Origin: Escherichia phage vB_EcoP-UTI89UKE2
Sequence record: MZ234049.1
Length of the DNA stretch: 44,293 bases
Reading direction: 5' to 3' (one strand)
The translations under genes were made by a program, and so were the position numbers. Below are positions 1-10,218 of the stretch, in pieces. How positions within the stretch are numbered: position 1 is the stretch's first letter; every line of letters starts with the position of its first letter. Under the pieces are notes generated by a model. That model did no database searches. It was not told where the DNA came from and saw only the letters and a program-made list of their open reading frames with translations.

Positions 1-924
1 ATGACTACTGAAAACGTCCTCCTGTCTGTTCGTGAAGCTGCAACCGCTGAAATCAAGCAGCACTTAGACAATATCGGCACTTCTTACATCAAAGTTGGCG
101 CTTGTCTGAATGAATTACGCGGTGATTTCGAAGGTCAAAAAGACTTTTTAGCTTATGTAGAATCAGAGTTCGGCATCAAGAAAGCACAATGCTACAAGCT
201 GATGAGTGTAGCCCGTGTCTTTGAAGGGGATGAACGCTTTAAAGGTGTGGCTATGCGTGTAATGCTGGCGCTTGTTCCTTTCGCTGATGAAAATATAATC
301 ATGGAGAAGGCCGCAGAACTCGCCGCAGCTGGCAAGCTGGACACTAATGCCGTAAATGCCCTGATTGATCCTAAGAAAGAGACAAAGGCCGAGACGGTAC
401 AATCTAAGGCGGAGACAGTAAAACCGCAGGAGAACGCGACTGAGGCCGCAGAAACTATGCAAGGACATGCAACCTTTGAGGATTTCATCTTAGAGAAGGC
501 GAAAGAGGAGTTACAAAGTGTGCCGCCAGCAAGTGAGTCGGGTAACGACGAATCCGCACCGTGGGAAGATGAAAGCAAGCCGGAAGACACAAAGGCAGCG
601 CCGCTGGATAACACGGCTAATACTGAGAATGCCGCTATTGCTGGTCTGCTGGCACAAATTAAGGCACTGACTGAGCAATTACAGGCGGCTAATGACCGCA
701 TCGCCTCCTTAAGTAGCGCACGCGAAAGCAAGAAGGCAGCCGCACCTATGCTGCCGCAATTCAAATCTTCCTGCTTCTATGCTCGCTTAGGTTTAAGCGC
801 TGAGGAGGCAACGAAGAAAACAGCAGTTAACAAGGCACGCCGCGAACTGGTTAAGCTAGGCTACGGCGAAGGCCATGAAGCATGGCCCTTAATCTCTGAG
901 GCAGTAGAAGAATTAACTAAGTAA
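1..924 (+). CDS. hypothetical protein (307 aa) immediately upstream of the RNAP gene; structured N-terminal region followed by an Ala/Glu-rich low-complexity segment
   Basis: Long uninterrupted + strand ORF. ATG at position 1 is preceded across the window junction by AAGGTG (44282-44287), so the start is probably genuine in a circular record. No catalytic motifs recognised; same position as T7 gene 0.7 but no kinase motifs. Confidence 0.65.
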   Translation: MTTENVLLSVREAATAEIKQHLDNIGTSYIKVGACLNELRGDFEGQKDFLAYVESEFGIKKAQCYKLMSVARVFEGDERFKGVAMRVMLALVPFADENIIMEKAAELAAAGKLDTNAVNALIDPKKETKAETVQSKAETVKPQENATEAAETMQGHATFEDFILEKAKEELQSVPPASESGNDESAPWEDESKPEDTKAAPLDNTANTENAAIAGLLAQIKALTEQLQAANDRIASLSSARESKKAAAPMLPQFKSSCFYARLGLSAEEATKKTAVNKARRELVKLGYGEGHEAWPLISEAVEELTK

Positions 925-987
925 CCTTATCGGTGGCATCTTCTTAGGTGTCACCTATTAAGGTTTCTTTCACTAGGAGTAAACAAG

Positions 988-3615
988 ATGCAAGACCTAC
1001 ACGCTATTCAACTTCAACTTGAAGAAGAAATGTTTAACGGCGGTATCCGTCGCTTTGAAGCGGACCAACAACGCCAGATTGCATCCGGTAATGAATCAGA
1101 CACGGCATGGAATCGCCGCTTATTGTCCGAGTTAATCGCGCCAATGGCTGAAGGTATTCAGGCATACAAGGAAGAGTATGAAGGTAAAAGAGGCCGTGCA
1201 CCGCGTGCATTAGCTTTCATTAACTGCGTAGAAAACGAAGTGGCAGCATATATCACGATGAAAATCGTTATGGATATGCTGAACACGGATGTAACCTTGC
1301 AGGCTATAGCCATGAATGTAGCTGACCGCATTGAGGACCAAGTACGTTTTAGCAAGCTGGAAGGTCACGCCGCCAAATACTTTGAGAAAGTTAAGAAGTC
1401 ACTTAAGGCAAGTAAGACTAAATCATATCGCCATGCGCACAACGTAGCGGTCGTGGCTGAGAAGTCAGTAGCTGACCGTGACGCTGATTTCTCTCGCTGG
1501 GAGGCGTGGCCTAAAGATACCTTGCTACAAATTGGTATGACCTTGCTAGAAATACTGGAAAATAGTGTATTCTTCAATGGTCAGCCTGTCTTTCTTCGCA
1601 CCTTGCGCACTAATGGTGGCAAGCATGGCGTTTACTACTTACAGACTAGCGAACACGTGGGTGAATGGGTAACTGCATTTAAAGAGCACGTAGCTCAGCT
1701 GAGTCCAGCCTATGCGCCTTGCGTTATTCCTCCTCGTCCGTGGGTTTCTCCGTTTAATGGCGGCTTCCATACTGAGAAAGTAGCAAGCCGTATTCGTCTA
1801 GTAAAAGGCAATCGTGAGCACGTCCGCAAGCTGACCAAAAAGCAAATGCCAGCGGTTTACAAGGCTGTTAACGCTTTGCAGGCGACTAAGTGGCAGGTTA
1901 ATAAAGAGGTTTTGCAGGTAGTAGAGGACGTTATCCGTCTCGATCTTGGTTATGGTGTGCCTTCCTTTAAACCACTCATCGACCGTGAGAACAAGCCAGC
2001 TAATCCAGTGCCGTTAGAGTTCCAGCACCTGCGAGGCCGTGAATTGAAAGAGATGCTAACACCGGAGCAATGGCAGGCCTTCATCAACTGGAAGGGTGAA
2101 TGTACTAAGCTGTATACCGCTGAGACTAAGCGCGGCAGCAAGTCGGCGGCGACCGTCCGCATGGTAGGACAGGCCCGTAAATACAGCCAGTTTGACGCTA
2201 TTTATTTTGTATATGCACTGGATAGCCGTTCACGCGTTTATGCGCAATCTAGCACGCTCTCGCCGCAATCAAACGACTTAGGCAAGGCATTGCTCCGTTT
2301 TACCGAAGGGCAGCGTCTTGATAGCGCTGAGGCGCTTAAGTGGTTTTTGGTGAACGGGGCGAATAACTGGGGTTGGGATAAGAAAACTTTTGACGTGCGC
2401 ACCGCTAACGTGCTGGATAGTGAATTTCAAGACATGTGCCGCGACATTGCAGCGGATCCGCTGACCTTCACTCAATGGGTAAATGCCGACTCCCCTTACG
2501 GCTTCCTTGCATGGTGCTTTGAATATGCGCGTTATCTGGATGCACTGGATGAAGGCACGCAAGACCAATTCATGACGCACCTCCCAGTCCATCAAGATGG
2601 TAGTTGTTCTGGTATCCAGCACTACAGTGCTATGCTACGCGATGCAGTAGGTGCGAAAGCGGTAAACCTTAAGCCCTCTGACTCCCCTCAAGATATTTAT
2701 GGTGCCGTTGCGCAGGTAGTAATTCAGAAGAATTATGCATACATGAATGCAGAGGATGCGGAAACCTTCACTTCTGGCAGCGTGACTTTAACAGGTGCAG
2801 AACTTCGTAGCATGGCTAGTGCGTGGGATATGATAGGAATCACTCGCGGCCTGACCAAAAAGCCTGTAATGACACTACCTTATGGCAGCACACGTCTAAC
2901 CTGCCGTGAATCAGTGATTGATTATATCGTTGATTTGGAAGAAAAAGAGGCCCAACGGGCTATTGCGGAAGGGCGTACCGCCAATCCTGTACATCCTTTT
3001 GATAATGACCGCAAAGACAGCCTGACACCTAGCGCAGCTTATAACTATATGACAGCTTTAATCTGGCCTTCTATTTCGGAAGTGGTTAAAGCTCCTATAG
3101 TGGCAATGAAAATGATTCGTCAGCTTGCACGTTTCGCAGCTAAAAGAAACGAAGGCTTAGAATATCCCTTACCAACTGGCTTCATCTTGCAACAAAAGAT
3201 AATGGCTACCGATATGCTCCGCGTATCCACTTGCTTGATGGGTGAAATCAAGATGAGTCTCCAGATTGAAACAGATGTAGTTGATGAAACGGCAATGATG
3301 GGTGCGGCTGCTCCTAACTTCGTCCATGGTCACGATGCTAGCCACCTGATTCTGACTGTATGTGACCTAGTGGATAAAGGTATTACATCCATTGCAGTCA
3401 TCCATGATTCTTTCGGTACTCATGCAGGACGTACCGCAGACCTGCGGGATAGCTTAAGGGAAGAAATGGTTAAGATGTATCAAAACCATAATGCCCTGCA
3501 AAACCTGCTAGATGTGCACGAAGAGCGTTGGTTAGTAGACACCGGAATCCAAGTACCAGAGCAAGGAGAGTTTGACCTTAACGAAATCTTAGTTTCAGAC
3601 TATTGTTTCGCATAA
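988..3615 (+). CDS. single-subunit DNA-dependent RNA polymerase (T7/SP6 type; closest to SP6 RNAP by recollection)
   Basis: 875-aa ORF with RBS AGGAG at 972-976. Contains the family motifs [27 protein letters not shown] and [12 protein letters not shown], and a C-terminal DYCFA. Length and N-terminus [19 protein letters not shown] match SP6-type RNAP. Confidence 0.95.
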   Translation: MQDLHAIQLQLEEEMFNGGIRRFEADQQRQIASGNESDTAWNRRLLSELIAPMAEGIQAYKEEYEGKRGRAPRALAFINCVENEVAAYITMKIVMDMLNTDVTLQAIAMNVADRIEDQVRFSKLEGHAAKYFEKVKKSLKASKTKSYRHAHNVAVVAEKSVADRDADFSRWEAWPKDTLLQIGMTLLEILENSVFFNGQPVFLRTLRTNGGKHGVYYLQTSEHVGEWVTAFKEHVAQLSPAYAPCVIPPRPWVSPFNGGFHTEKVASRIRLVKGNREHVRKLTKKQMPAVYKAVNALQATKWQVNKEVLQVVEDVIRLDLGYGVPSFKPLIDRENKPANPVPLEFQHLRGRELKEMLTPEQWQAFINWKGECTKLYTAETKRGSKSAATVRMVGQARKYSQFDAIYFVYALDSRSRVYAQSSTLSPQSNDLGKALLRFTEGQRLDSAEALKWFLVNGANNWGWDKKTFDVRTANVLDSEFQDMCRDIAADPLTFTQWVNADSPYGFLAWCFEYARYLDALDEGTQDQFMTHLPVHQDGSCSGIQHYSAMLRDAVGAKAVNLKPSDSPQDIYGAVAQVVIQKNYAYMNAEDAETFTSGSVTLTGAELRSMASAWDMIGITRGLTKKPVMTLPYGSTRLTCRESVIDYIVDLEEKEAQRAIAEGRTANPVHPFDNDRKDSLTPSAAYNYMTALIWPSISEVVKAPIVAMKMIRQLARFAAKRNEGLEYPLPTGFILQQKIMATDMLRVSTCLMGEIKMSLQIETDVVDETAMMGAAAPNFVHGHDASHLILTVCDLVDKGITSIAVIHDSFGTHAGRTADLRDSLREEMVKMYQNHNALQNLLDVHEERWLVDTGIQVPEQGEFDLNEILVSDYCFA

Positions 3616-3622
3616 TATTAAT

Positions 3623-3652
3623 AGGCCATTCCTTAGGGAGTGGCCTTTTTCT
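3623..3652 (+). terminator. stem-loop plus T-run immediately after the RNAP gene
   Basis: GGCCATTCC-loop-GGAGTGGCC followed by TTTTTCTTT. Confidence 0.5.
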
Positions 3653-3676
3653 TTACCTACTACCTGTAACATTTCA

Positions 3677-3719
3677 TTAACATAAAAGTGTCTCACATGT
3701 GAGACTTATTTACCGGACA
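3677..3719 (+). promoter_or_regulatory. palindrome GTCTCACATGTGAGAC abutting a variant phage promoter (TATTTACCGGACACTATAGGATAG)
   Basis: 16-bp perfect palindrome at 3679-3694, directly followed by a sequence matching the phage promoter consensus except at 2-3 positions. Confidence 0.5.
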
Positions 3720-3769
3720 CTATAGGATAGCCGTCGGAGACGGGAAAGAAAGGGAAGATAAAGGATATA

Positions 3770-3830
3770 AAGGAAGTAATAGGTATTAAAGGTTATATAG
3801 GTTATCTAGGAATACCTATTACCTTCTTCC
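3770..3830. repeat. AT-rich block with four AGGT motifs at 9-bp spacing inside an inverted repeat (TAATAGGTATT / AATACCTATTA)
   Basis: AGG at about 3780, 3789, 3798 and 3807; flanking arms are reverse complements. Confidence 0.6.
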
Positions 3831-3868
3831 TTCCTCTTATTACCACTTAGAGGAAGGGCAGACCTAGG

Positions 3869-3914
3869 TTGTCTCACATGTGAGACTTCGTATTTACCGG
3901 ACAGTATAGATAAG
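3869..3914 (+). promoter_or_regulatory. second palindrome GTCTCACATGTGAGAC abutting a second variant promoter-like sequence (TATTTACCGGACAGTATAGATAAG)
   Basis: Palindrome at 3871-3886; the promoter-like sequence differs from consensus in the core (CAGTATAGA vs CACTATAGA), so activity is uncertain. Confidence 0.4.
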
Positions 3915-3940
3915 ATTAACTCACTTTTGGAGATTTAACC

Positions 3941-4069
3941 ATGCGTAACTTTGAGAAGATGGCCCGTAAAGCTAACCGTTTTGACATGGAAGAAGGGCAG
4001 AAGAAAGGCAAGAAGCTGAATAAACCTGTTCGTGACCGTGCATCTAAACGCGCTGCGTGGGAGTTCTAA
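3941..4069 (+). CDS. small basic protein (42 aa)
   Basis: ATG at 3941, in-frame TAA at 4067-4069; sits in the short gap before the primase gene. Absent from the ORF track because it is under 60 aa. Confidence 0.4.
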   Translation: MRNFEKMARKANRFDMEEGQKKGKKLNKPVRDRASKRAAWEF

Positions 4070-4072
4070 GTT

Positions 4073-6061
4073 ATGGCTATTATTCAGAATGTACCGTGTC
4101 CTGCCTGTCAAAAGAATGGACATGATATTACTGGCAACCATCTTATGATATTTGAGGATGGCGCTGGTTACTGTAACCGTGGTCACTTCCATGATAACGG
4201 CAAGCCTTATTACCATAAGCCAGAGGGTGGCATCGAGATAACCGAATTACCTATTACTGGCAATATCAAATATACACCTTCTCAGTTTAAAGAGATGGAG
4301 AAGGAAGGGAAGATTAGCGACCCTAAGCTACGCGCCATCGCACTTGGTGGTATGCGTATGAAAGACCGTTGGGAGGTCATGAATGAGCAAGAAAGGGCAG
4401 AACAAGAAGCAGAGTGGAAACTTGATGTTGAATGGTTCCTCACGCTTAAGCGTAAGAATCTTGTTTCCCGACACATTCGCGGCGACATTTGCGCATTGTA
4501 CGATGTACGTGTCGGACACGATGAAGATGGTAGAGTCTCACGGCATTACTATCCACGCTTCGAGAAAGGTGAGCTAGTAGGCGCTAAGTGTCGCACATTA
4601 CCTAAAGACTTTAAGTTTGGTCATTTAGGTAAACTCTTTGGTATGCAAGATCTTTTCGGTATGAATACTTTGTCTCACGTGTTAGACAAGGGAAGACGAA
4701 AGGATTGCTTGCTTATTGTGGGCGGCGAACTGGATGCACTAGCAGCACAGCAAATGCTCCTTGATTCTGCCAAGGGTACTAAGTGGGAAGGCCAGCCTTA
4801 CCATGTATGGTCTGTCAATAAAGGTGAGTCTTGCCTTGAAGAGATAGTACAGAACCGTGAACACATCGCCCAATTTAAGAAGATTATATGGGGTTTTGAT
4901 GGAGATGAGGTAGGGCAGAAGCAGAATCAGCAAGCGGCTCGCCTGTTTCCTGGCAAATCCTATATCCTTGAATACCCTTCTGGTTGCAAAGATGCTAACA
5001 AGGCATTGATGGCTGGCAAGGCTAAAGAGTTTGTTGATGCTTGGTTTAATGCCAAGTCATCTGATGAAGTCTTTGGTAGCCAGATTAAATCTATCGCATC
5101 TCAAAGGGATAAGCTCAAGGCTGCACGTCCAGAGCAAGGGCTATCATGGCCTTGGCCTAAGCTGAACAAGGTAACGCTAGGTATTCGTAAGAACCAGCTT
5201 ATCATTGTAGGTGCAGGTTCTGGTGTAGGTAAGACTGAGTTCCTCCGCGAAGTGGTTAAACATCTCATTGAAGAACACGGTGAATCTGTAGGCATCATTT
5301 CTACAGAAGACCCAATGGTCAAGGTGTCCCGTGCTTTTATCGGCAAGTGGATTGATAAGCGTATTGAGTTACCGCCAACCAACGACCCGAAAGAAGACGG
5401 ATACCGTGAGGTGTTCGACTACACCGAGGAAGAAGCTAACGCTGCCATTGATTATGTAGCTGATACAGGAAAGCTATTTGTGGCTGACCTAGAAGGCGAT
5501 TATTCTATGGAGAAGGTAGAGCAAACTTGCCTAGAGTTTGAGGCTATGGGCATTTCTAATATCATCATTGATAACTTAACGGGGATTAAATTAGATGAGC
5601 GTGCTTTTGGTGGGAAGGTTGGTGCACTTGATGAATGCGTCAAACGAATTGGTACTATCAAAGACCGACATGCGGTTACGATTTTCCTTGTCTCTCACCT
5701 TACACGTCCTCCGGCAAACCGTACCCAACACGAAGAAGGTGGCGAAGTTATCCTTTCTGACTTCCGAGGCTCAGGCGCTATCGGATTCTGGGCATCTTAC
5801 GCCTTGGGGATTGAGCGTAATACAAGAGCTGAAACGCTTGATGAAAGGACTACCACGTACATCTCGTGTGTCAAAGACCGCGATCAAGGTATCTACACTG
5901 GAACCAAGGTCATGCTTAAAGGTGACATTCAGACCGGACGTTTGATGGAACCACAAGCCCGTACTAAGTCATTTGATACAGGTGAAGCAAGGCAGCAAGA
6001 GGTGCCTGATTTACCGGACACTATAGAAGAGACAAACTTTGAAGATGAACAGGAGTTTTAA
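4073..6061 (+). CDS. DNA primase/helicase (T7 gp4-like)
   Basis: N-terminal Cys4 zinc ribbon (CPACQKNGHD...YCNRGH), Walker A GAGSGVGKTEF, and a C-terminal acidic tail ending FEDEQEF as in T7 gp4. Confidence 0.93.
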   Translation: MAIIQNVPCPACQKNGHDITGNHLMIFEDGAGYCNRGHFHDNGKPYYHKPEGGIEITELPITGNIKYTPSQFKEMEKEGKISDPKLRAIALGGMRMKDRWEVMNEQERAEQEAEWKLDVEWFLTLKRKNLVSRHIRGDICALYDVRVGHDEDGRVSRHYYPRFEKGELVGAKCRTLPKDFKFGHLGKLFGMQDLFGMNTLSHVLDKGRRKDCLLIVGGELDALAAQQMLLDSAKGTKWEGQPYHVWSVNKGESCLEEIVQNREHIAQFKKIIWGFDGDEVGQKQNQQAARLFPGKSYILEYPSGCKDANKALMAGKAKEFVDAWFNAKSSDEVFGSQIKSIASQRDKLKAARPEQGLSWPWPKLNKVTLGIRKNQLIIVGAGSGVGKTEFLREVVKHLIEEHGESVGIISTEDPMVKVSRAFIGKWIDKRIELPPTNDPKEDGYREVFDYTEEEANAAIDYVADTGKLFVADLEGDYSMEKVEQTCLEFEAMGISNIIIDNLTGIKLDERAFGGKVGALDECVKRIGTIKDRHAVTIFLVSHLTRPPANRTQHEEGGEVILSDFRGSGAIGFWASYALGIERNTRAETLDERTTTYISCVKDRDQGIYTGTKVMLKGDIQTGRLMEPQARTKSFDTGEARQQEVPDLPDTIEETNFEDEQEF

Positions 6062-6222
6062 TGGAAATTATTAAACCAGTATTGAATATCGGTATTGAGA
6101 TCCTATTCATGCTTGTGATCGCAGATTATGCTGCACGATATGGATTCAAGAAAGCGGTGAAACTTATCGTTGCATCTGGTTTTCTTATGTCAATGTTCTT
6201 TATTGTAACACGCCTTATCTAG
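6061..6222 (+). CDS. small hydrophobic protein (53 aa)
   Basis: ATG overlaps the primase stop (TAATG); one predicted transmembrane helix; TAG at 6220-6222. Confidence 0.4.
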   Translation: MEIIKPVLNIGIEILFMLVIADYAARYGFKKAVKLIVASGFLMSMFFIVTRLI

Positions 6223-6233
6223 TGTATTTATCA

Positions 6234-6267
6234 GGGCTTGTCTCACATGTGAGACAGGCTCTTATTA
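6234..6267 (+). terminator. palindrome hairpin (core TGTCTCACATGTGAGACA, 6239-6256) with GC clamp and U-rich tail
   Basis: 18-bp perfect palindrome extended by GGCT/AGGC and followed by TCTTATT. Confidence 0.45.
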
Positions 6268-6294
6268 AGTACATTAAATAACTGGAGATTGATT

Positions 6295-6978
6295 ATGTAT
6301 AAATTAGTATTGAATGCAGGTGATTATGTTCGTAACATCAATGCAACCTCACGTAGATATCGTTGCCGTGGTACTGTGACTAATGTAAGTGAAAACAGCT
6401 ACTATGTAGAGTACAGTAATGGTATTAGACAGGCTTATCAAAAGGAATCAGCACATAACTACCTTGAGAAGATTGGAGAGGTAAGCAATCAATGTAAGTG
6501 CGTACACGATGAGATTTGCGATAAGTGTGCCCGCCAGATGCATAAAATGCTATTATACCCTCTTCGCTATGGTGCTGGCATTCAAACCTTATCAGAGGCA
6601 TATGGCAAAGGTAAGACTACACTTAATAAAGATCGCCGCAATGTAATCACTGGTAAGACTCAAAGTGAAATGATTAAGCAATGTGGCACTGCACTAGGTG
6701 TTACGCAGTTTAACACTCGTGCTCTTGGTAAATCCACAGGACAAGCTATGGTGAAGATTGGTGAAGCCATGATGCACCCAAATGTACCTGTGCGAATCAT
6801 GGATGTTGACCATGCAATCACAGAACACGGTACACCACGACGTGTAGCTAATAAGCATTTTGCCGACACTATAGAAGGTATTATCCGTAAGCAAGGGTTG
6901 AAAGGTCTTCACCTCTTGAATGGTGAAGAATTACTGTATCTCCCTATTGTTACTGAAGAAACCTACGTGAATATTTAA
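6295..6978 (+). CDS. hypothetical protein (227 aa) with Cys cluster CKCVHDEICDKC
   Basis: ORF with RBS GGAG at 6284-6287 and ATG at 6295. The track start at 6289 is a TTG extension. Confidence 0.7.
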   Translation: MYKLVLNAGDYVRNINATSRRYRCRGTVTNVSENSYYVEYSNGIRQAYQKESAHNYLEKIGEVSNQCKCVHDEICDKCARQMHKMLLYPLRYGAGIQTLSEAYGKGKTTLNKDRRNVITGKTQSEMIKQCGTALGVTQFNTRALGKSTGQAMVKIGEAMMHPNVPVRIMDVDHAITEHGTPRRVANKHFADTIEGIIRKQGLKGLHLLNGEELLYLPIVTEETYVNI

Positions 6979-6988
6979 GGAGTTAATC

Positions 6989-7075
6989 ATGACTAAAGTT
7001 CTAATTTATAAACAACGAGGTCTTAAGGCTTATGCTATTGTAGCACCAAATGGTGTTAAAAAAAGTAAGTTGTAA
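6989..7075 (+). CDS. small ORF (28 aa)
   Basis: AGGAG RBS then ATG at 6989; TAA at 7073-7075. Confidence 0.25.
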   Translation: MTKVLIYKQRGLKAYAIVAPNGVKKSKL

Positions 7076-7100
7076 GCCTCTTGCAATAAAAGGTGCAGGT

Positions 7101-7205
7101 ATGTCTGCTAACTTACAATTGCAACTTTTTGGCAATTTCACAGAAGCGCAATTCCGCAATAAACATGAAGTTATTGGTTCTTTTATGGTGAAACATGCAG
7201 AATAA
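7101..7205 (+). CDS. small ORF (34 aa)
   Basis: AGGTG RBS at 7091-7095, ATG at 7101, TAA at 7203-7205. Confidence 0.25.
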   Translation: MSANLQLQLFGNFTEAQFRNKHEVIGSFMVKHAE

Positions 7206-7404
7206 ACACAGCCTTAAGATGTTTGATGGTCACGAAGACCTGCAAGCACACATCACTAACCAAGCCTTCCTGTTTGCACAGTTAACTATGGCTGAAGCAA
7301 AGAAGAATAGTCTGACACGTGAGCAGGTTATCAAGGAGGCAACTTGGGAGCCACACCAAGGCAAATACATGGGCCAGAGATTAACTGTAACACGCAGTCG
7401 ATAA
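7195..7404 (+). CDS. hypothetical protein (69 aa; alternative start 7219)
   Basis: ORF ending just before a palindrome hairpin; start ambiguous. Confidence 0.45.
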   Translation: MQNKHSLKMFDGHEDLQAHITNQAFLFAQLTMAEAKKNSLTREQVIKEATWEPHQGKYMGQRLTVTRSR

Positions 7405-7410
7405 GTAAAG

Positions 7411-7440
7411 GGTTGTCTCACACATGAGACAGCCTTTCAT
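7411..7440 (+). terminator. palindrome hairpin variant TGTCTCA-CACA-TGAGACA with GC clamp and U-rich tail
   Basis: Arms TGTCTCA/TGAGACA at 7414-7431, flanked by GG/CC and followed by TTTCAT. Confidence 0.4.
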
Positions 7441-7461
7441 CATATTGATTGGAGGTGCATT

Positions 7462-7569
7462 ATGTCACGTGATTATGATTCTGATTGGGACTACTATGAC
7501 TCAATGAATCCAAAACCTGAACATTCAGATGATTATTATTGGGTGGAGGAAATGTATGAAGACTGTTGA
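7462..7569 (+). CDS. small acidic, aromatic-rich protein (35 aa)
   Basis: RBS GGAGG at 7451-7455, ATG at 7462; ends 14 nt inside the DNA polymerase gene. Confidence 0.35.
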   Translation: MSRDYDSDWDYYDSMNPKPEHSDDYYWVEEMYEDC

Positions 7570-10102
7570 TTGGAAGAAGGAGGCAGAAGGCCGTATCCTC
7601 GTGATGGATGCGGAAGCTAAAGGACTCCTTGACGCTATCCGCTATGGTCATCGTGAAGATGTGCATATCATTTGCTGCATGGACTTGCTTACTACCGAGG
7701 AGTTTCTCTTCTTTGACCCGTATGAGATGCGTGACCCTGAAGCAAGAGAACACCTGAAGGAATGGGAAGGTCATCAAGATGGTGACTTGGTTGATGGTGT
7801 TAACTTCCTGAAGCACTGTGAAGCTATTGTGTCGCAGAACTTCCTAGGGTACGACGGCCTTCTATTTGAGAAAGCATTCCCTGATATCTGGAAAGGCTTT
7901 AACTATACCGAGAGACGCGGCAAGGGCAGACTCCGCGCTGACCTGTGTCCTGTACGCGTCATGGATACGCTGGTCATGAGTCGCCTGTTAAACCCCGATA
8001 GACGCCTCCCTCCGCAAGCATACGCCAAAGGCATGGGTAACGTCGCCCCTCACTCAATTGAGGCGCACGGCATCCGTATAGGCCGTTATAAGCCGGAGAA
8101 CGAGGATTGGTCTAAGCTAACTGACCACATGGTTCACCGTGTACGGGAGGACGTGGCGATAGGCCGTGACTTGTTCCTCTGGCTCTTTAACGGGGAATGG
8201 ATGGAGCACAAACGCCGTGGCGTGAATAAACGCACTGGCCTAGGTATTGAGACAGCCTTCCACATGGAGTCCATTGTGGCGCTGGAGATGAGCCGTCAGG
8301 CCGAGCGTGGATTCCGTCTGGATATAGATAAAGCATTAGCACGATGCGAGGAATTGGACGCTAAGATTGATGAGACAGTCGCAGCGTTCCGTCCGCACAT
8401 GCCTATGCGTATCAAGTCTAAACCTTTTAAACCGGAAGAAAAGAATGAAGTATGCCAACGCGCAAATGAGTATGGAGCTAGCAACAATATACCTACTGTC
8501 CTTGACCCCTCTCACTTTCTTCACGCAGAGAGACGAGGAGATCGCAAGACAGTATGGAGTGTCACTACTAAGTCTGGTGATTGGTCGGCTAGCGTCAAGA
8601 AAGACTTTCCTCACCTTAGAGGAAACCGTAATGACACGCCAAGCATCAAGTGGATTGGCGCTTACTCGCCTGTTACTTTCGAAGAGATTCCCTTGGGTAA
8701 CAGGGATACAGTTAAGCAAGTGCTCTATGATTATGGATGGAAAGGTGTTGAATTTAACGATACCGAGCAAGCGCATCTCGATGAGCATGGCGTATTACCC
8801 AAGCCTTGGAGTGGGAAGATAAATGAAAAGTCCCTTACTTTATGGCAAGAGAGAGCCGCACGTGAAGGTAAAACAGTCCCTGATTGGTGCTTGGGTATCG
8901 CTGCATGGTACATACTCGTATCCCGTCGTGGTCAGATCCTCAACCGTGGTGACGTTGAAGCCTTCGACCAGAAGGGGGTATGGCCTTCGCAAGCTGGTAT
9001 ACGAAAGTGTCGCGGCCTTGTACCTGTAGCATTTAACAAGGAGTTAGGAATCAATGCGCAGCAATACTACGAAAGGTACGGATGCTGGCCTACGTCAGAC
9101 AAGGATGACGGAGAATGGCGTGTGCCAGCTATTGCTATTAGTATTGGAACTTCTACGTTCCGTATGCGTCATCGTAACGTGGTTAATATTCCTGCCCGTG
9201 GTTTGTATCCTTTACGTGATTTATTCATAGCCGGTAAAGGTAAGCTAATCCTTGGTTGTGATGGTGCTGGTCTTGAACTACGTGTACTGTCTCACTTCAT
9301 GAATGACCCTGAATATCAAGATATTGTACTGCATGGTGACATTCACACCCATAATCAAATGAAGGCTGGTCTTCCTAAGCGTGACATGGCGAAGACATTT
9401 ATATATGCCTTCCTATATGGATCTGGTATAGCTAACCTTGCAGCAGTATGTGGTGTTACTGAGGAAGAAATGGAGGAAGTTGTGGCAAGATTTGAGGTTG
9501 AACTACCATCTCTTGCACGCCTTCGTGAGAATGTTATCGCACAAGGTAACAAGTTTGGCTACCTACAAGCACCTGATGGTCATTGGGGTCGCATCCGTAT
9601 GTCTGGTGGTGAACTTAAAGAGCACACTATGCTTAACGTACTACTCCAGATGACTGGTTCTCTGTGTATGAAATACGCATTGGTCAGAGCGTTTGCAGTG
9701 ATGCGCAAGGAAGGTGTGGCCTTAGATAGCATGGGAAACCCTTGCGGTATAGCTAACGTGCACGATGAAATCCAGATGGAAGTCCCTGAAGATGAGGTCT
9801 TGTATCTCAACTATGACTTGCCTTTCACCTTAGAAGGGTTCGAAACAGAGAAGGCTGCTGTGAAAGCAGTGTTCGATGCAGAGGAGAAACGTGTTCATGT
9901 GGATTCTGAAGGACGTATGTGGTCTGCTGCAAATCTCGTTAGCGTTGATGCTGATGCTGGTGTACTTCATTGCCAGCGTCGTTATCACCGTGCAGGGCAT
10001 ATCATTGCCGATGCAATGACTTGGGCTGGTCATTATTTGAAGATGCGTTGTCCGATGGCAGGTGAGTATAAGATTGGTGCAAGCTGGAAGGAAACACACT
10101 GA
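7556..10102 (+). CDS. DNA polymerase (family A, T7 gp5-like, with 3'-5' exonuclease domain)
   Basis: Motifs VMDAEAKGL (exo), GCDGAGLELRVLSHF (motif A), KTFIYAFLYGSG (motif B) and NVHDEIQMEV (motif C). RBS GGAGG at 7546-7550. The track start at 7529 is a non-ATG extension. Confidence 0.93.
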   Translation: MKTVDWKKEAEGRILVMDAEAKGLLDAIRYGHREDVHIICCMDLLTTEEFLFFDPYEMRDPEAREHLKEWEGHQDGDLVDGVNFLKHCEAIVSQNFLGYDGLLFEKAFPDIWKGFNYTERRGKGRLRADLCPVRVMDTLVMSRLLNPDRRLPPQAYAKGMGNVAPHSIEAHGIRIGRYKPENEDWSKLTDHMVHRVREDVAIGRDLFLWLFNGEWMEHKRRGVNKRTGLGIETAFHMESIVALEMSRQAERGFRLDIDKALARCEELDAKIDETVAAFRPHMPMRIKSKPFKPEEKNEVCQRANEYGASNNIPTVLDPSHFLHAERRGDRKTVWSVTTKSGDWSASVKKDFPHLRGNRNDTPSIKWIGAYSPVTFEEIPLGNRDTVKQVLYDYGWKGVEFNDTEQAHLDEHGVLPKPWSGKINEKSLTLWQERAAREGKTVPDWCLGIAAWYILVSRRGQILNRGDVEAFDQKGVWPSQAGIRKCRGLVPVAFNKELGINAQQYYERYGCWPTSDKDDGEWRVPAIAISIGTSTFRMRHRNVVNIPARGLYPLRDLFIAGKGKLILGCDGAGLELRVLSHFMNDPEYQDIVLHGDIHTHNQMKAGLPKRDMAKTFIYAFLYGSGIANLAAVCGVTEEEMEEVVARFEVELPSLARLRENVIAQGNKFGYLQAPDGHWGRIRMSGGELKEHTMLNVLLQMTGSLCMKYALVRAFAVMRKEGVALDSMGNPCGIANVHDEIQMEVPEDEVLYLNYDLPFTLEGFETEKAAVKAVFDAEEKRVHVDSEGRMWSAANLVSVDADAGVLHCQRRYHRAGHIIADAMTWAGHYLKMRCPMAGEYKIGASWKETH

Positions 10103-10218
10103 TGGACAGGTTTGATGTTGTTTGCCTATTCTCTATCTTCTTTCTTATATTCCTTATGCTTGCTTGCTATGGAAGTATGCGATTAGATATACCTGATGAA
10201 GAGGAGGGTTACGATTGA
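10102..10218 (+). CDS. small hydrophobic peptide (38 aa) ending EEEGYD
   Basis: ATG overlaps the DNAP stop (TGATG); one hydrophobic segment. Confidence 0.3.
   Translation: MDRFDVVCLFSIFFLIFLMLACYGSMRLDIPDEEEGYD

Noticed and set aside
192-764. 190-aa minus-strand ORF and other minus-strand ORFs in the track (for example 34598-35095, 40106-40492)
   Set aside because: All are antisense shadows of + strand genes with recognisable functions and motifs; low-complexity, Cys/Ser-rich translations typical of spurious frames.
7529-7555. Track N-terminal extensions (7529 for DNAP, 14418 for phosphoesterase, 22672 for gp12, 25065 for internal protein, 35609, 38337)
   Set aside because: These begin at non-ATG or unsupported codons inside upstream genes or leader hairpins; RBS-supported internal ATG/GTG starts were used instead.
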